DNA of 64,000 nt from a virus (IMGVR_UViG_3300025679_000005), one strand, 5' to 3'; positions 1 through 8,774 are shown, counted from the first letter of the stretch. Made by a program: numbers and translations. Notes: a model not told the origin generated them from the letters alone.

Positions 1-115
1 CAGCGTCGAAGTCCAGCTGACGTTCGCCATCGAGGTCCGCATCCTCGTCACGATCACCGTCCATCTCGTAATCGAAGTCGTTGTCGTATTCCAGCTCGCT
101 GTCTTCGTAGTTCAT
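1..115 (-). CDS. Acidic hypothetical protein, N-terminal part (runs off window start)
   Basis: ATG at 115 directly after a class A promoter motif; MNYEDSELEYDNDFDYEMDGDRDEDADLD... Confidence 0.6.
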   Translation of the reverse strand, partial: MNYEDSELEYDNDFDYEMDGDRDEDADLDGERQLDFDA

Positions 116-321
116 GCCCAGTAGAACGGATCCACTAGCGGGAAGTCAAGGAACCTAGCGGGAACGTCGGTGACTATCAACGTCCGCTCTGAAGTCAGCT
201 CGATGTAAGTCCGTACCCTATAACGGTTCTTGACCGTTGAAGCAGCCCACTTGAAGAGTGCTTCATCCGGCGCCTTGATTCGAATCGGCTGGCCGGAGTA
301 GTAGGCGCTGATTCGCCTCAC
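112..321 (-). CDS. Hypothetical protein
   Basis: ORF track; overlaps upstream ORF stop (operon-like). Confidence 0.45.
   Translation of the reverse strand: MRRISAYYSGQPIRIKAPDEALFKWAASTVKNRYRVRTYIELTSERTLIVTDVPARFLDFPLVDPFYWA
122..149 (-). promoter_or_regulatory. Class A promoter (TTGACTT-N13-CCGTTCTA variant)
   Basis: Same geometry as 16 other copies; ATG 6 nt downstream. Confidence 0.7.
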
Positions 322-560
322 TTCTGCTGGACCTTGAGGCAGCCCTTGCAGACCCAGATCTTGGGGTCGCCAATTTGGGCCTTAGGGGCCTTCTGGGTGG
401 CCCAGGCACGCTTGTGGGCTTGCTCGGCGGCATCCCCTGGCTCAGTCCCTGTGTGCGAGCACATGGTCTTGCAGAGGTCACATTGGGCCACATAGGTCGG
501 GGCGGAGTAGCCCTTGACCGGATGGGTGTATCGGATGGTCGGATGTTCGATGATTGACAT
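318..560 (-). CDS. Small Zn-finger-like hypothetical protein
   Basis: CDLC...CKGC pairs. Confidence 0.55.
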   Translation of the reverse strand: MSIIEHPTIRYTHPVKGYSAPTYVAQCDLCKTMCSHTGTEPGDAAEQAHKRAWATQKAPKAQIGDPKIWVCKGCLKVQQK

Positions 561-592
561 TGCTTCTGTCTACGGCCTAGTGGAGGGATACT

Positions 593-832
593 TTACACCA
601 ACTCGTCCTTTTTCGGGGCGAGAATGAGCCAGCGGGCGAAATCAGCGGTGTCGGGGAGCTTCCCCTCACTCCAGGCCTTGAGGAAGGTGGCAGAGTCCAT
701 GCCGTAACGATCCTCAAGCTCTGTGAGAACCTTCGCCCGCCATGGGGGTAGGAGCCTCTTCGGGGTACCTATTGCCTTCAAGTAGGCCTCTCGCTTCTTG
801 CGAGACAAGAGGTTGAGTTCGCTCAATCTCAC
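593..832 (-). CDS. Hypothetical protein
   Basis: ORF in minus-strand operon; ends in GTG-TAA overlapping class B motif. Confidence 0.55.
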   Translation of the reverse strand: MRLSELNLLSRKKREAYLKAIGTPKRLLPPWRAKVLTELEDRYGMDSATFLKAWSEGKLPDTADFARWLILAPKKDELV

Positions 833-1047
833 AGCTTCAAAGTCCCTGAACGCAGGGGTTGATCCCTAGTGGGGACCTGACCGGGTGGGAGCCGTGTCCA
901 TTCACTTCGATGGTTCGCACGCTCCCAGATGCCGTCCTCGGGACTGACCTTGAAGGGGTTGACCATGACTCTGACCACGCGATCGGTCTTGGCAGCAGCT
1001 GACAGGATGGGGACGATCGCGTCTATTTCAGGCTCGTACTCTACCAT
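829..1047 (-). CDS. Hypothetical protein
   Basis: ORF track, coupled to neighbours. Confidence 0.5.
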   Translation of the reverse strand: MVEYEPEIDAIVPILSAAAKTDRVVRVMVNPFKVSPEDGIWERANHRSEWTRLPPGQVPTRDQPLRSGTLKL

Positions 1048-1274
1048 GGTCTATCCTCGTAATCCTGCTCGACTGACTTCTTAGCCTCGTCCAGCGTCTC
1101 CCAACTACGCTCGATCATACGCTGGTAGACAGCCTCTTTGGGGAACGAGGCGTGCCAGCCATCTTGCCGCTCTACGTGGCCCCCTAGGAACCAGACACAG
1201 GCTTTCCTCACGTCATCCACTGAAAACATGTAGGTGACGTAGTCGTCCTCGCCTAGGACTTCCCAGGTCTTCAT
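1041..1274 (-). CDS. Hypothetical protein (start revised to ATG 1274)
   Basis: MKTWEVLGEDD...; avoids overlap with divergent ORF. Confidence 0.5.
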   Translation of the reverse strand: MKTWEVLGEDDYVTYMFSVDDVRKACVWFLGGHVERQDGWHASFPKEAVYQRMIERSWETLDEAKKSVEQDYEDRPW

Positions 1275-1319
1275 GGGGGCATGGCCGCACCACGTCCGAA
1301 GTCCTTGAAGGGGCTGAGG

Positions 1320-1466
1320 ATGAAGAAGCTCACGCCCAAGCAGCTCAAAGGTGTTTGGGTCCTGGGATTGGCCCTGGATGCCCAAGGGCTCAATGATCAC
1401 CTAGTTAGCCAGAAGTTCGACCCAAAGACGGGGATCACGAGCTTCGTGTTCGAAAACGATCTTTAG
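1320..1466 (+). CDS. Small hypothetical protein
   Basis: GAGG then ATG 1320; MKKLTPKQLKGVWVL. Confidence 0.45.
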   Translation: MKKLTPKQLKGVWVLGLALDAQGLNDHLVSQKFDPKTGITSFVFENDL

Positions 1467-1469
1467 GCC

Positions 1470-1497
1470 TTAACTTCCCCTGCCCGGCTCCGTTCTA
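1470..1497 (+). promoter_or_regulatory. Class A promoter TTAACTT-N13-CCGTTCTA
   Basis: ATG 6 nt downstream (1504). Confidence 0.8.
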
Positions 1498-1503
1498 CTT
1501 ATC

Positions 1504-1713
1504 ATGACCAAGATCATCATCATCGACGAGGGCCACGCATTCGTCTCCCCCGCCGGCCTCAATAAGTACCTCAGGGATCTCGCCTATGGTACCCCCAAGG
1601 TCTGCTCAGCCCCGACTTGCAAGCGCCTCGCCAGCTTCGAGTCGGCTACCGGCCTCTGTGGCCATTGCGAGGAGGCCCTCCAGGACCAGCTCGACTACAT
1701 GGATTCGCTATGA
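1504..1713 (+). CDS. Small Zn-finger-like hypothetical protein
   Basis: CSAPTC...CGHC; leaderless start after promoter motif. Confidence 0.6.
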   Translation: MTKIIIIDEGHAFVSPAGLNKYLRDLAYGTPKVCSAPTCKRLASFESATGLCGHCEEALQDQLDYMDSL

Positions 1714-2615
1714 TGACAATCGAGTTGAAACTCCTGATCGCAGTCTCGTTAACGTTAGCGGCTTGCTCGGCTCCCTTCACGACTGGAGCCCTTGGCTTGG
1801 CTACAGGTGATGCCGGAGCCGGTGGTGAAGCCGGAAGCCTTGAGGTGCCCCTTGAGGCCGGCTCAGGAGGCGGTATCGCTACTCCCTCCGGTGGCTCGGC
1901 TGGATCTACAGTAGGAGGGTCTGCGGGCAGTGCTTCAACGGCGGGCCTTGGTGGGTCCGAGACTACAGCAGGCTCAGGAGGAGTTGCCGGAGCTATCGTC
2001 CCCGCTGGCTCAGCTGGAGCCCCTCAAGGAGGCTCTGGAGGAGTCCCTACCATGACAGCTGGCTCTGGTGGAATGCCCCAAGGTGGATCCCATCAGGGAG
2101 GCTCAGGCGGGACGGCTACCGCTGGTTCTTCGGGATCCCCTCAAGGAGGTTCAGCTGGAATGCCTCAAGGTGGAGCTTCTGATTATGGGGTGGATGTTCT
2201 TGGAGACCGAACCTACCGGGGCTACCAATCCTGTTCCTGTGACGCCTCAGGGTTCACATGTCGGGACCTCTACCCCCCGACCAAGTCCGAGAGTGGGCTG
2301 ATTCCACCGGGGTGCTCTTGTGGTCCAGGCGAAGTATTTAGTTGCCAGGATCTGAGCCAAAACCTGCCTCAGGACTTCTGGGTCCAAATCCAGTGTGTCG
2401 GGACCTCGACCAAAGGAGCCGTTACGCTTCAACTCTATGACGGCCCTCCCACGCCCCGCTTCGTTGCCTGTGGGGACGTTATTGACGAGGAGACCGTCCG
2501 CTTCGGCGGCGGTACCATCCCCCTCCTACTGCTGGAGGGCGGTTTGAACGACACCACCTATAGCTTTCCCGTAGGAGGCTCTGACCTCATCGTTTTGACG
2601 GTCCAACTGAACTGA
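1710..2615 (+). CDS. Gly/Ser-rich lipoprotein, myxobacterial type
   Basis: Signal peptide with lipobox LAAC, long GGSAG linker, Cys-rich C-terminal domain. Confidence 0.75.
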   Translation: MMTIELKLLIAVSLTLAACSAPFTTGALGLATGDAGAGGEAGSLEVPLEAGSGGGIATPSGGSAGSTVGGSAGSASTAGLGGSETTAGSGGVAGAIVPAGSAGAPQGGSGGVPTMTAGSGGMPQGGSHQGGSGGTATAGSSGSPQGGSAGMPQGGASDYGVDVLGDRTYRGYQSCSCDASGFTCRDLYPPTKSESGLIPPGCSCGPGEVFSCQDLSQNLPQDFWVQIQCVGTSTKGAVTLQLYDGPPTPRFVACGDVIDEETVRFGGGTIPLLLLEGGLNDTTYSFPVGGSDLIVLTVQLN

Positions 2616-2621
2616 TTGCCC

Positions 2622-2649
2622 TTAACTTCTTCGAACTCGATCCGTTCTA
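2622..2649 (+). promoter_or_regulatory. Class A promoter
   Basis: Exact motif; followed by GTG-TAA instead of an ORF. Confidence 0.8.
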
Positions 2650-2655
2650 CTGAGT

Positions 2656-2772
2656 GTGTAAGATCGGGAAAACAGCGAGGGTCCTGCGGCCTCGTTGATA
2701 GCCCACTGACCGCAGGATGTAGCGGCTTCCCAGGCGACGGACCTTGGAAACCTCTCTGGTAAGCCGCTACGC
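2656..2772 (+). ncRNA. Candidate structured RNA / 5' leader
   Basis: Stems 2682-2689/2710-2717, 2719-2728/2761-2770, alternative 2674-2680/2690-2696. Confidence 0.45.
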
Positions 2773-2790
2773 TATTCTTCAAGGAACCCA

Positions 2791-3201
2791 ATGACCGAAT
2801 ACCTCAAGTTCCAAGCAACGATGACCAAAGCCTACGAGGGCTACACGGAAAAGATGGACCTCAAGGACTTCTACGCTTCGCTCAACCCCTGGACTCGCTC
2901 AGTGGTTGCCTTTGGTAACCTCAATTACCAGGTCGAGAACGGTGGCTTCTCCCAATGGCACGACAACGGCTATTACGTGGGCCTAGATGCCATCCTCCAC
3001 GGTCTGATCCGCTTGGACACCCCAGAGGCCGGGGAGATGCTCAATCTCATCCAATCGGCTCGTGACCGCCTCCACTACCTCGACAAGCTCGATGAGGACG
3101 AGGACGACAATTGGGCGGGCTCAAAGCTCGACACCCTGGACTCCGCCTTCTACGCCCTCGCCCCGAAGGTCTTGCAGCAGATCGAAGATTCGTTGCCCTG
3201 A
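2791..3201 (+). CDS. DMP19/DUF4375-like acidic protein (possible DNA mimic)
   Basis: YQVENGGFSQW motif, acidic C-terminal half. Confidence 0.7.
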   Translation: MTEYLKFQATMTKAYEGYTEKMDLKDFYASLNPWTRSVVAFGNLNYQVENGGFSQWHDNGYYVGLDAILHGLIRLDTPEAGEMLNLIQSARDRLHYLDKLDEDEDDNWAGSKLDTLDSAFYALAPKVLQQIEDSLP

Positions 3202-3204
3202 CCC

Positions 3205-3232
3205 TTAACTTCAGTGGGGTCGATCCGTTCTA
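3205..3232 (+). promoter_or_regulatory. Class A promoter
   Basis: Exact motif; ATG at 3239. Confidence 0.8.
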
Positions 3233-3238
3233 TTGATC

Positions 3239-3625
3239 ATGCCCCACAAGATGACCGTCGTCGAGCACATCGAAGCCAACTCCGCCTCGTTGTCCCTCTC
3301 CCATTGTGACGGCCTCTACCATGTCTCCTGCATCCGCCTGACCCCGGCCGGTGAGCTGGACCACGATGTCGAGCTGTATGTGAAGTCCTTCACGGAAGCG
3401 GCTTTAGCGGCCAAGATCTACATCGAGCTGGAAGCGGCCTTGAAAATGGCAGAGAGATACTGCTACAAGGCCAAGGCCCGCCTTCTCATGGGGGTCGCGA
3501 AGATGACGGAAACCAACCACTCCCTGGCAATCGATGAACTTCCTCAAATACGCAGGGATTGCCCTAGCCACCCTTGCGTTCGGCACCCTCCTCTTCATTT
3601 TCCTTGTCCCGGACCCATTGGATGA
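3239..3625 (+). CDS. Hypothetical protein
   Basis: Leaderless start predicted from promoter geometry. Confidence 0.55.
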   Translation: MPHKMTVVEHIEANSASLSLSHCDGLYHVSCIRLTPAGELDHDVELYVKSFTEAALAAKIYIELEAALKMAERYCYKAKARLLMGVAKMTETNHSLAIDELPQIRRDCPSHPCVRHPPLHFPCPGPIG

Positions 3626-3679
3626 TGCCCCAAACCCAGGGGTCTACACCCCTCGTCATTAAATTGATCATTCAGGTAC

Positions 3680-3707
3680 TTAACTTCTGACCACTCGATC
3701 CGTTCTA
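3680..3707 (+). promoter_or_regulatory. Class A promoter
   Basis: Exact motif; ATG at 3714. Confidence 0.8.
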
Positions 3708-3713
3708 CTGATC

Positions 3714-3845
3714 ATGACGAACGAGAATGGCCTCCTCCCCTGCTCCCCCGAAGCAGCTGCTCACGAAGCCCGGATCGCCGCCTACTACGCGAAAAAGGCC
3801 GCCTACCTCCCCAAAGCCTACGCTGCCAACGCCCCGAAGAAATGA
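3714..3845 (+). CDS. 43-aa Ala-rich peptide (below ORF-track cut-off)
   Basis: MTNENGLLPCSPEAAAHEARIAAYYAKK...; TGA overlaps sigma ATG. Confidence 0.55.
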   Translation: MTNENGLLPCSPEAAAHEARIAAYYAKKAAYLPKAYAANAPKK

Positions 3846-4459
3846 CCATGAAAACCAAGCCCATCGCTCCCGAAGCTTCCAAAGCCCTGATCGCCCTGTA
3901 CACTCCCTTGGTTCATAAAATAGCGGGAGGCTTCCAAAGGAAGCTCCCTCGCAACGTCCTCCGTGAGGACTTGGTCGCGGCCGGAATGTGCGGCCTCTGG
4001 CAAGCCGTTCAGAATTTCAACAAATCCCCTGAATCCTTCGAATGGTACGTTCGTGTCCGTGTTCGTGGGGCGATCCTCGATGAGCTACGAGCCCAAGACT
4101 GGCTTCCCCGTCGTGCACGAGCTGCGGCCGAAGCGGCTAGCGGTACCGATGGGTACGTCCCGCCCCCGGCTGTCGTCCGCTTCGATGACGTGAGTGAATG
4201 GGAGCAGAATCGTTGCCTGACCGATTCCTCCAGCAGCGAAGCCGCCACCGCTGCCAAGCAGACCTTGGACACGATCCTCTTGGCCGTTGACACGCTGCCG
4301 GAGCGGGAACGCTTCATCGTCGCTCAACACTACTTCAAGGGTATGAAATTCAAGGACATCGCCGTGGAGATGCACGTCAGCGAACCCCGCATATCCCAGC
4401 TCCACGCTAGGGCAATGGCAAGGCTTCGTGCCCAAGCACACCTGAGTGCGTCCACGTGA
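3842..4459 (+). CDS. RNA polymerase sigma factor, FliA/WhiG family
   Basis: Region 2 (EDLVAAGMCGL, RVRGAILDELRAQDW) and region 4 (LPERERFIVAQHY, VSEPRISQLHARA). Confidence 0.9.
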   Translation: MTMKTKPIAPEASKALIALYTPLVHKIAGGFQRKLPRNVLREDLVAAGMCGLWQAVQNFNKSPESFEWYVRVRVRGAILDELRAQDWLPRRARAAAEAASGTDGYVPPPAVVRFDDVSEWEQNRCLTDSSSSEAATAAKQTLDTILLAVDTLPERERFIVAQHYFKGMKFKDIAVEMHVSEPRISQLHARAMARLRAQAHLSAST

Positions 4460-4599
4460 ACTACGAATACCGAACGGTCACGGGTGACTACACGTATCCT
4501 GGGGCCTCTACCCTCCTCAAGAAGTACCCCGAGCCCGGCTGGGAACTGTGGGAGTACGCTCCGCATTACTGGTTCTGGAGACGCCCCATCTCGGTGTAA
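4456..4599 (+). CDS. Small DUF4177-like protein
   Basis: YEY...PGWELW...WRRP pattern; GTG overlaps sigma stop. Confidence 0.4.
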   Translation: MNYEYRTVTGDYTYPGASTLLKKYPEPGWELWEYAPHYWFWRRPISV

Positions 4600-4610
4600 G
4601 ATCAAGGTCT

Positions 4611-5027
4611 ATGGCAACCCCCAAGAAAAAGGCCAAACGGCTCAAGACCCTCGTGATCAAAGAGTCAAGATGGCTTCGCTACGGGTCTACACGCCCATCG
4701 GCTCTCTATGCGAAGAGCCTTAAAGGTAAGGGCCTCCCCGGGGACATGTGCTGCCTAGGCTTCTTGGCCCAAGCCTGTGGCGCAACTTCTAGGCAGATCG
4801 AGGCCGCCGTCCGCCCTCAGGATGTGCCCAACATCAAATGGCCCAAAGGCGCCCTAAAGACCAGACATGGCCGTCAAGAAGATACCCTGTGGACGCAGAT
4901 GGCCATCAGGATCAATGATAGACCTTCGATCCTCCACACGGGAATTGATACGCCCCTCGAAGAACGTAAGGCACGCCTCACTAAGCATTTCCGAAAGATC
5001 GGTTTCAAGCTAGTATTCGTGCCGTAG
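4611..5027 (+). CDS. Hypothetical basic protein
   Basis: ATG 4611 after class B motif. Confidence 0.6.
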   Translation: MATPKKKAKRLKTLVIKESRWLRYGSTRPSALYAKSLKGKGLPGDMCCLGFLAQACGATSRQIEAAVRPQDVPNIKWPKGALKTRHGRQEDTLWTQMAIRINDRPSILHTGIDTPLEERKARLTKHFRKIGFKLVFVP

Positions 5028-5030
5028 CCA

Positions 5031-5960
5031 ATGCCCGACAACGATCATCTGTTCTTCCTGGAGCGTGACGAGGGAAGCCGCTTGGCGCTGGAAGAACCCC
5101 CCTTGGCACGCCCAGCAGAGCCCCTACCGTCACCCACGTTCACGCTCGTCTTGACCGTATCCGGTCCGGACGTTCACGGCCTCGAAATGGTCGTTGGCCA
5201 AGCCGACTTCCAAAGGGCCATGGACAGAGGCGACATCGTTATAGGGGGGGTGGACACCCGCGCCCACTTCGAGGTCATTCAGCCCGTCACGTTCGGTCAG
5301 TTTATCCTCGCCCTGGGAACAAGATTCTCGATCCGGCAATCGAATACGTACTCAACCGTTCGCCCAGGGGTCACACATCCGAATCGGGGAGCCCTCGCAG
5401 TCGACGCCCAAAACCTGAGAAATTACATCGCCTGGGGTTGGCTCATCCCAACGACGCCCGAAGGTCCTCTGTACCGTACCCCGAGAGGCTTCAATATCGT
5501 ATTGGTCAACAGCCACGTCATCCCCCTGATTGCTGACGAAGTCATTGAGGTCGTCACGCCGGTCGAGCCGAACCTCGATCTCGAACGGCCGGCCCTCACT
5601 ACGCAGGAGTTCCACACACCGTACCACTCCACAGCCGGCTTGGAGCTACCACCCGCACGCCCCGCTTGGATACGCAATGCCATTCGTGCCATAACAACCT
5701 CTCTTGCAGCAGACGGCCTAGGGGACGCCCAGATCCAACGAGTCATAAACCTTCTCCTCACACCCGGCTCTGGCCTAGAGCTTGCCCAAGCTCCAACCCC
5801 CTCTGATGATGAAGTCCTTGAGGCCATCACTCGTCGAAGAGACGCTGCTACTGTAGATGGCCAAGTCTTAGGGCCTGTCCTCAGAGTGACCCCACCAACG
5901 CCCGAGCCTGACAGACGCTCTGTGTGGGACAGACTAGGAGACGATGACGACCTAGGATGA
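5031..5960 (+). CDS. Hypothetical protein with C-terminal SVWDRLGDDD tag
   Basis: 309-aa ORF. Confidence 0.65.
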   Translation: MPDNDHLFFLERDEGSRLALEEPPLARPAEPLPSPTFTLVLTVSGPDVHGLEMVVGQADFQRAMDRGDIVIGGVDTRAHFEVIQPVTFGQFILALGTRFSIRQSNTYSTVRPGVTHPNRGALAVDAQNLRNYIAWGWLIPTTPEGPLYRTPRGFNIVLVNSHVIPLIADEVIEVVTPVEPNLDLERPALTTQEFHTPYHSTAGLELPPARPAWIRNAIRAITTSLAADGLGDAQIQRVINLLLTPGSGLELAQAPTPSDDEVLEAITRRRDAATVDGQVLGPVLRVTPPTPEPDRRSVWDRLGDDDDLG

Positions 5961-6173
5961 ACGGCAACAGGGTATAGCCTGACCCATGCAAGGGCGAAGC
6001 CCGGGAGCGTAGCGACCCTGGGTATGCTATGACCCACCGCCGGTAATCCAGTGACCTTGAAATCCGGCCCATTAACCAAACGGCGGTCCGCGATCCCCTA
6101 AAATGGCGTATCCAGTATGCGTCCCGCTTTTATCGGCAAAAGGGTAAAACCTAATTCGGAACCTGGGAAAGCA

Positions 6174-6258
6174 CCCCTACCCTTATTTTTGGCTCGATTT
6201 CAAATCGGCTAAAATGGGGTAGGGGCTCAGAATTTTCCCTGGACCCGCCATTTTAGCC
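6174..6258. repeat. Imperfect long inverted repeat with alternative pairing arm
   Basis: CCCCTACCC/GGGGTAGGGG stem 6174-6225; GGCTAAAATGG (6207) complementary to CCATTTTAGCC (6248). Confidence 0.6.
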
Positions 6259-6279
6259 CAAATGTGCTATACTCAGCAC

Positions 6280-7317
6280 ATGCTTCCCATCAACTTCAAG
6301 GACCTCACTGGCCAACGCTTCGAAGAGCTGAAACTGACCGTGATCGGTGCGACCTCACCTGACGCACATGGGCACATGCTGTGGAAGTGCCTACGGGATG
6401 ACGGCTCGGAAATACTGCGGACGGGCAGCTACCTGACGCATTACAAGCCCAGGGAGAAGGTGTTGCATCCCAAGCGTCCGCCAGCACCCAAGATCAAGCC
6501 GACTCCGGAGTACACTGCCTGGACTTCGATGAAACAGCGTTGCTTGAATTCTAACGCTCAAGCCTACAAGGACTACGGAGGGCGAGGCATCACCGTCTGC
6601 CAGCGGTGGCAGGACAGCTACGAGGCCTTCCTAGAGGACGTTGGGCCACGACCGGGCAAAGGCTACTCTCTTGAACGGGAGCATTCTGACGGCAACTACG
6701 AGCCGGGGAATGCGCACTGGGCTACGCGCATAGCTCAAGCACGAAACACTAGAGCAAGCCGTCTGCTGACCCATCAAGGGGAGACATTGACCGTGGCCGG
6801 TTGGGCAGAGAGACTGGGAATTCCAAAGCACACAATTACAAACCGTCTGAACCAGGGCCTGGAAATAGAAGCGGTGTTTGGCCCCACCAAACTAAAGCCT
6901 AGAACTGGCTTTGAGCGGACTATCGGCGTTGAACGTGACGCCTGGAAAGCAATGCTACATCGTTGCACGAACCCGAAACATCCTGCCTGGTCGAAGTATG
7001 GTGGCCGAGGGATCCTGGTGTGCGAACGTTGGCTGGGATCCTTCGACAACTTTCTGGCTGATGTTGGCGCCCGACCAGGTCCTGGGTACAGTCTGGAGCG
7101 GAAGGATGTCAACGGCAATTACGAGCTGGACAACTGCAAGTGGGCTACTAGGACGGAGCAGATGCGGAACACCAGGAAGACGCGCTGGCTCACGTTGCAC
7201 GGGGTCACGCGCAGCTTGAGTGAGTGGGCCGAGGTGACGGGCATCAACTACGAGACGATCCGCAATCGGCTACGGAAGGGGTTGTCGGTGGAACGGGTGC
7301 TGGCCTTGGCGGTGTAG
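6280..7317 (+). CDS. Free-standing HNH-type homing endonuclease, tandem duplicated domain
   Basis: Two copies of W..M..RC.N....Y..YGGRGI.VC.RW...SLER...GNYE..N..WAT; N-terminal DLTGQRF; TGTGCTATACT -10-like box upstream. Confidence 0.85.
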   Translation: MLPINFKDLTGQRFEELKLTVIGATSPDAHGHMLWKCLRDDGSEILRTGSYLTHYKPREKVLHPKRPPAPKIKPTPEYTAWTSMKQRCLNSNAQAYKDYGGRGITVCQRWQDSYEAFLEDVGPRPGKGYSLEREHSDGNYEPGNAHWATRIAQARNTRASRLLTHQGETLTVAGWAERLGIPKHTITNRLNQGLEIEAVFGPTKLKPRTGFERTIGVERDAWKAMLHRCTNPKHPAWSKYGGRGILVCERWLGSFDNFLADVGARPGPGYSLERKDVNGNYELDNCKWATRTEQMRNTRKTRWLTLHGVTRSLSEWAEVTGINYETIRNRLRKGLSVERVLALAV

Positions 7318-7326
7318 ATAACGGGG

Positions 7327-7878
7327 ATGCCTGTCCTTACACGCACTCAACGTGAGATTCATGACGCTATTGCTGAAGAAGCAGGCATTGTTGCTAGGGG
7401 ATTTCACAGAGAAACCGTAGCTGACAGCACTGTCATTGCTGTTCTCCGAGCGCATAGTCTGATTGAGGGTCAACTCTACCAGACTATGGAATCCAGATAC
7501 CCAGGGCTGGGCCTAAGAGAGATTGACTTGAATTTTCACAAGCTACATCGATTAGCATTCAGCACCAACTTTGGATCCCCTGTGAGTCAAGCCATAGGGG
7601 CTTTGAATAGGATTCGAAACAGAATTGCTCATGGCGCGGAGGGTCAAATCCCAGACCATGACCTAAACCTCATTCGAGCAGCTATCCCTGTGAACTCTCG
7701 CACAGGGAGTATCACTCTAATGTGTTATATGCTCCTGAATACAGTGGCGATTTCGCAGGCTGTAGAGCGTAAGCTGCATCTGATCCTTTCTGAATCAGAT
7801 GAGGAACAGGCGGCCAGAGAAGCACATGCCCAAATTGGAGAGGACATTCTAGTCCGACGTGGGTGGCTTACCCGATAG
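7327..7878 (+). CDS. HEPN-like domain protein
   Basis: LRAHSLIE...LNRIRNRIAH (Rx4H) motif. Confidence 0.55.
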   Translation: MPVLTRTQREIHDAIAEEAGIVARGFHRETVADSTVIAVLRAHSLIEGQLYQTMESRYPGLGLREIDLNFHKLHRLAFSTNFGSPVSQAIGALNRIRNRIAHGAEGQIPDHDLNLIRAAIPVNSRTGSITLMCYMLLNTVAISQAVERKLHLILSESDEEQAAREAHAQIGEDILVRRGWLTR

Positions 7879-7915
7879 CCAGCCTGCCTCCGGCGGTGTA
7901 AGACAGTCATTGGCA

Positions 7916-8182
7916 ATGCCCGTCGACAAGCTCCCCCTTCATCCAATACTGAAAGACATCCGCCAGGACCAGGAGGATCGACGCCGCAAGCGAGGAAAAT
8001 ACGCCCCTCCGACGGAAACGTGCCGAGGCTGCTCAGGGACCGTGGTCGCTGAGATCAGCTACAGGGATGACGGGAGGATTGGCGGCCCTCCCCGGCCGGC
8101 CTACGTCAGCGGATGGTATTGCCAGGATTGTTTCCTCGTGTATCGGCAATGTCCACCCACGCCTCCGGCGGATCCAGGGTGA
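7916..8182 (+). CDS. Zn-ribbon-like hypothetical protein
   Basis: CRGC...CQDC. Confidence 0.55.
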   Translation: MPVDKLPLHPILKDIRQDQEDRRRKRGKYAPPTETCRGCSGTVVAEISYRDDGRIGGPPRPAYVSGWYCQDCFLVYRQCPPTPPADPG

Positions 8183-8433
8183 TGTCCAAACCGGTACAGT
8201 TCTTGGCCAAGGTCGTGGAGTCTAGGCTTCAGCTCGACATCCCTGTGGATTCCGAGGTATTCCCAGAGGGGGCGGAGGTCACGCTCACAGTGAGTGGGAT
8301 CGTCACTGACCGCTGTCGGTGTGTCTTCGTGCCAGGGATTATGAATCCACCGGGGAATCGAATGCCTCGTGTTAGAACTAGGTGTGCTCTCCAGAGGGGC
8401 CACGAAGACGGGCACAGTTTCGAACCGGTGTAG
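8179..8433 (+). CDS. Hypothetical protein
   Basis: Coupled GTG start; ends CCG-GTG-TAG in class B motif. Confidence 0.5.
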   Translation: MMSKPVQFLAKVVESRLQLDIPVDSEVFPEGAEVTLTVSGIVTDRCRCVFVPGIMNPPGNRMPRVRTRCALQRGHEDGHSFEPV

Positions 8434-8441
8434 TAACGGCA

Positions 8442-8774
8442 ATGCCTCCTCCGGATCCAAGTCGTTCTGTGCTTGTCAGTGCACTCGCTGAGGTGTACCA
8501 CCACTTCGAGGTCATGGGGATCCGGGTTGGATTCATCTACCTGAATCCGAACGAGATGGCGGTATTGGCCAAAGACGAGTGCTTCGACGTGGAGACCCAT
8601 CGTGAGGTGTTGGAGCACTTGAGCTGGGGCAGTGGGGGCTCTTATGAGGGGTGTTTATTCGGAGCCTTTGTCTTTAGCTCGGACAAGGTTCCCATGAGCC
8701 ATGTGGGGGTCATCCCCGAGGACTTCAAAGCGGAGCTGCTTGGCGGAGCCGGATGTATTCCCTTGGGGTTGTAG
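8442..8774 (+). CDS. Hypothetical protein
   Basis: ATG 9 nt after GGTGTA. Confidence 0.6.
   Translation: MPPPDPSRSVLVSALAEVYHHFEVMGIRVGFIYLNPNEMAVLAKDECFDVETHREVLEHLSWGSGGSYEGCLFGAFVFSSDKVPMSHVGVIPEDFKAELLGGAGCIPLGL

Noticed and set aside
2656-2772. Assignment to a known ribozyme or riboswitch (HDV-like, hammerhead, c-di-GMP)
   Set aside because: Required core nucleotides could not be placed; left as an unclassified structured RNA.
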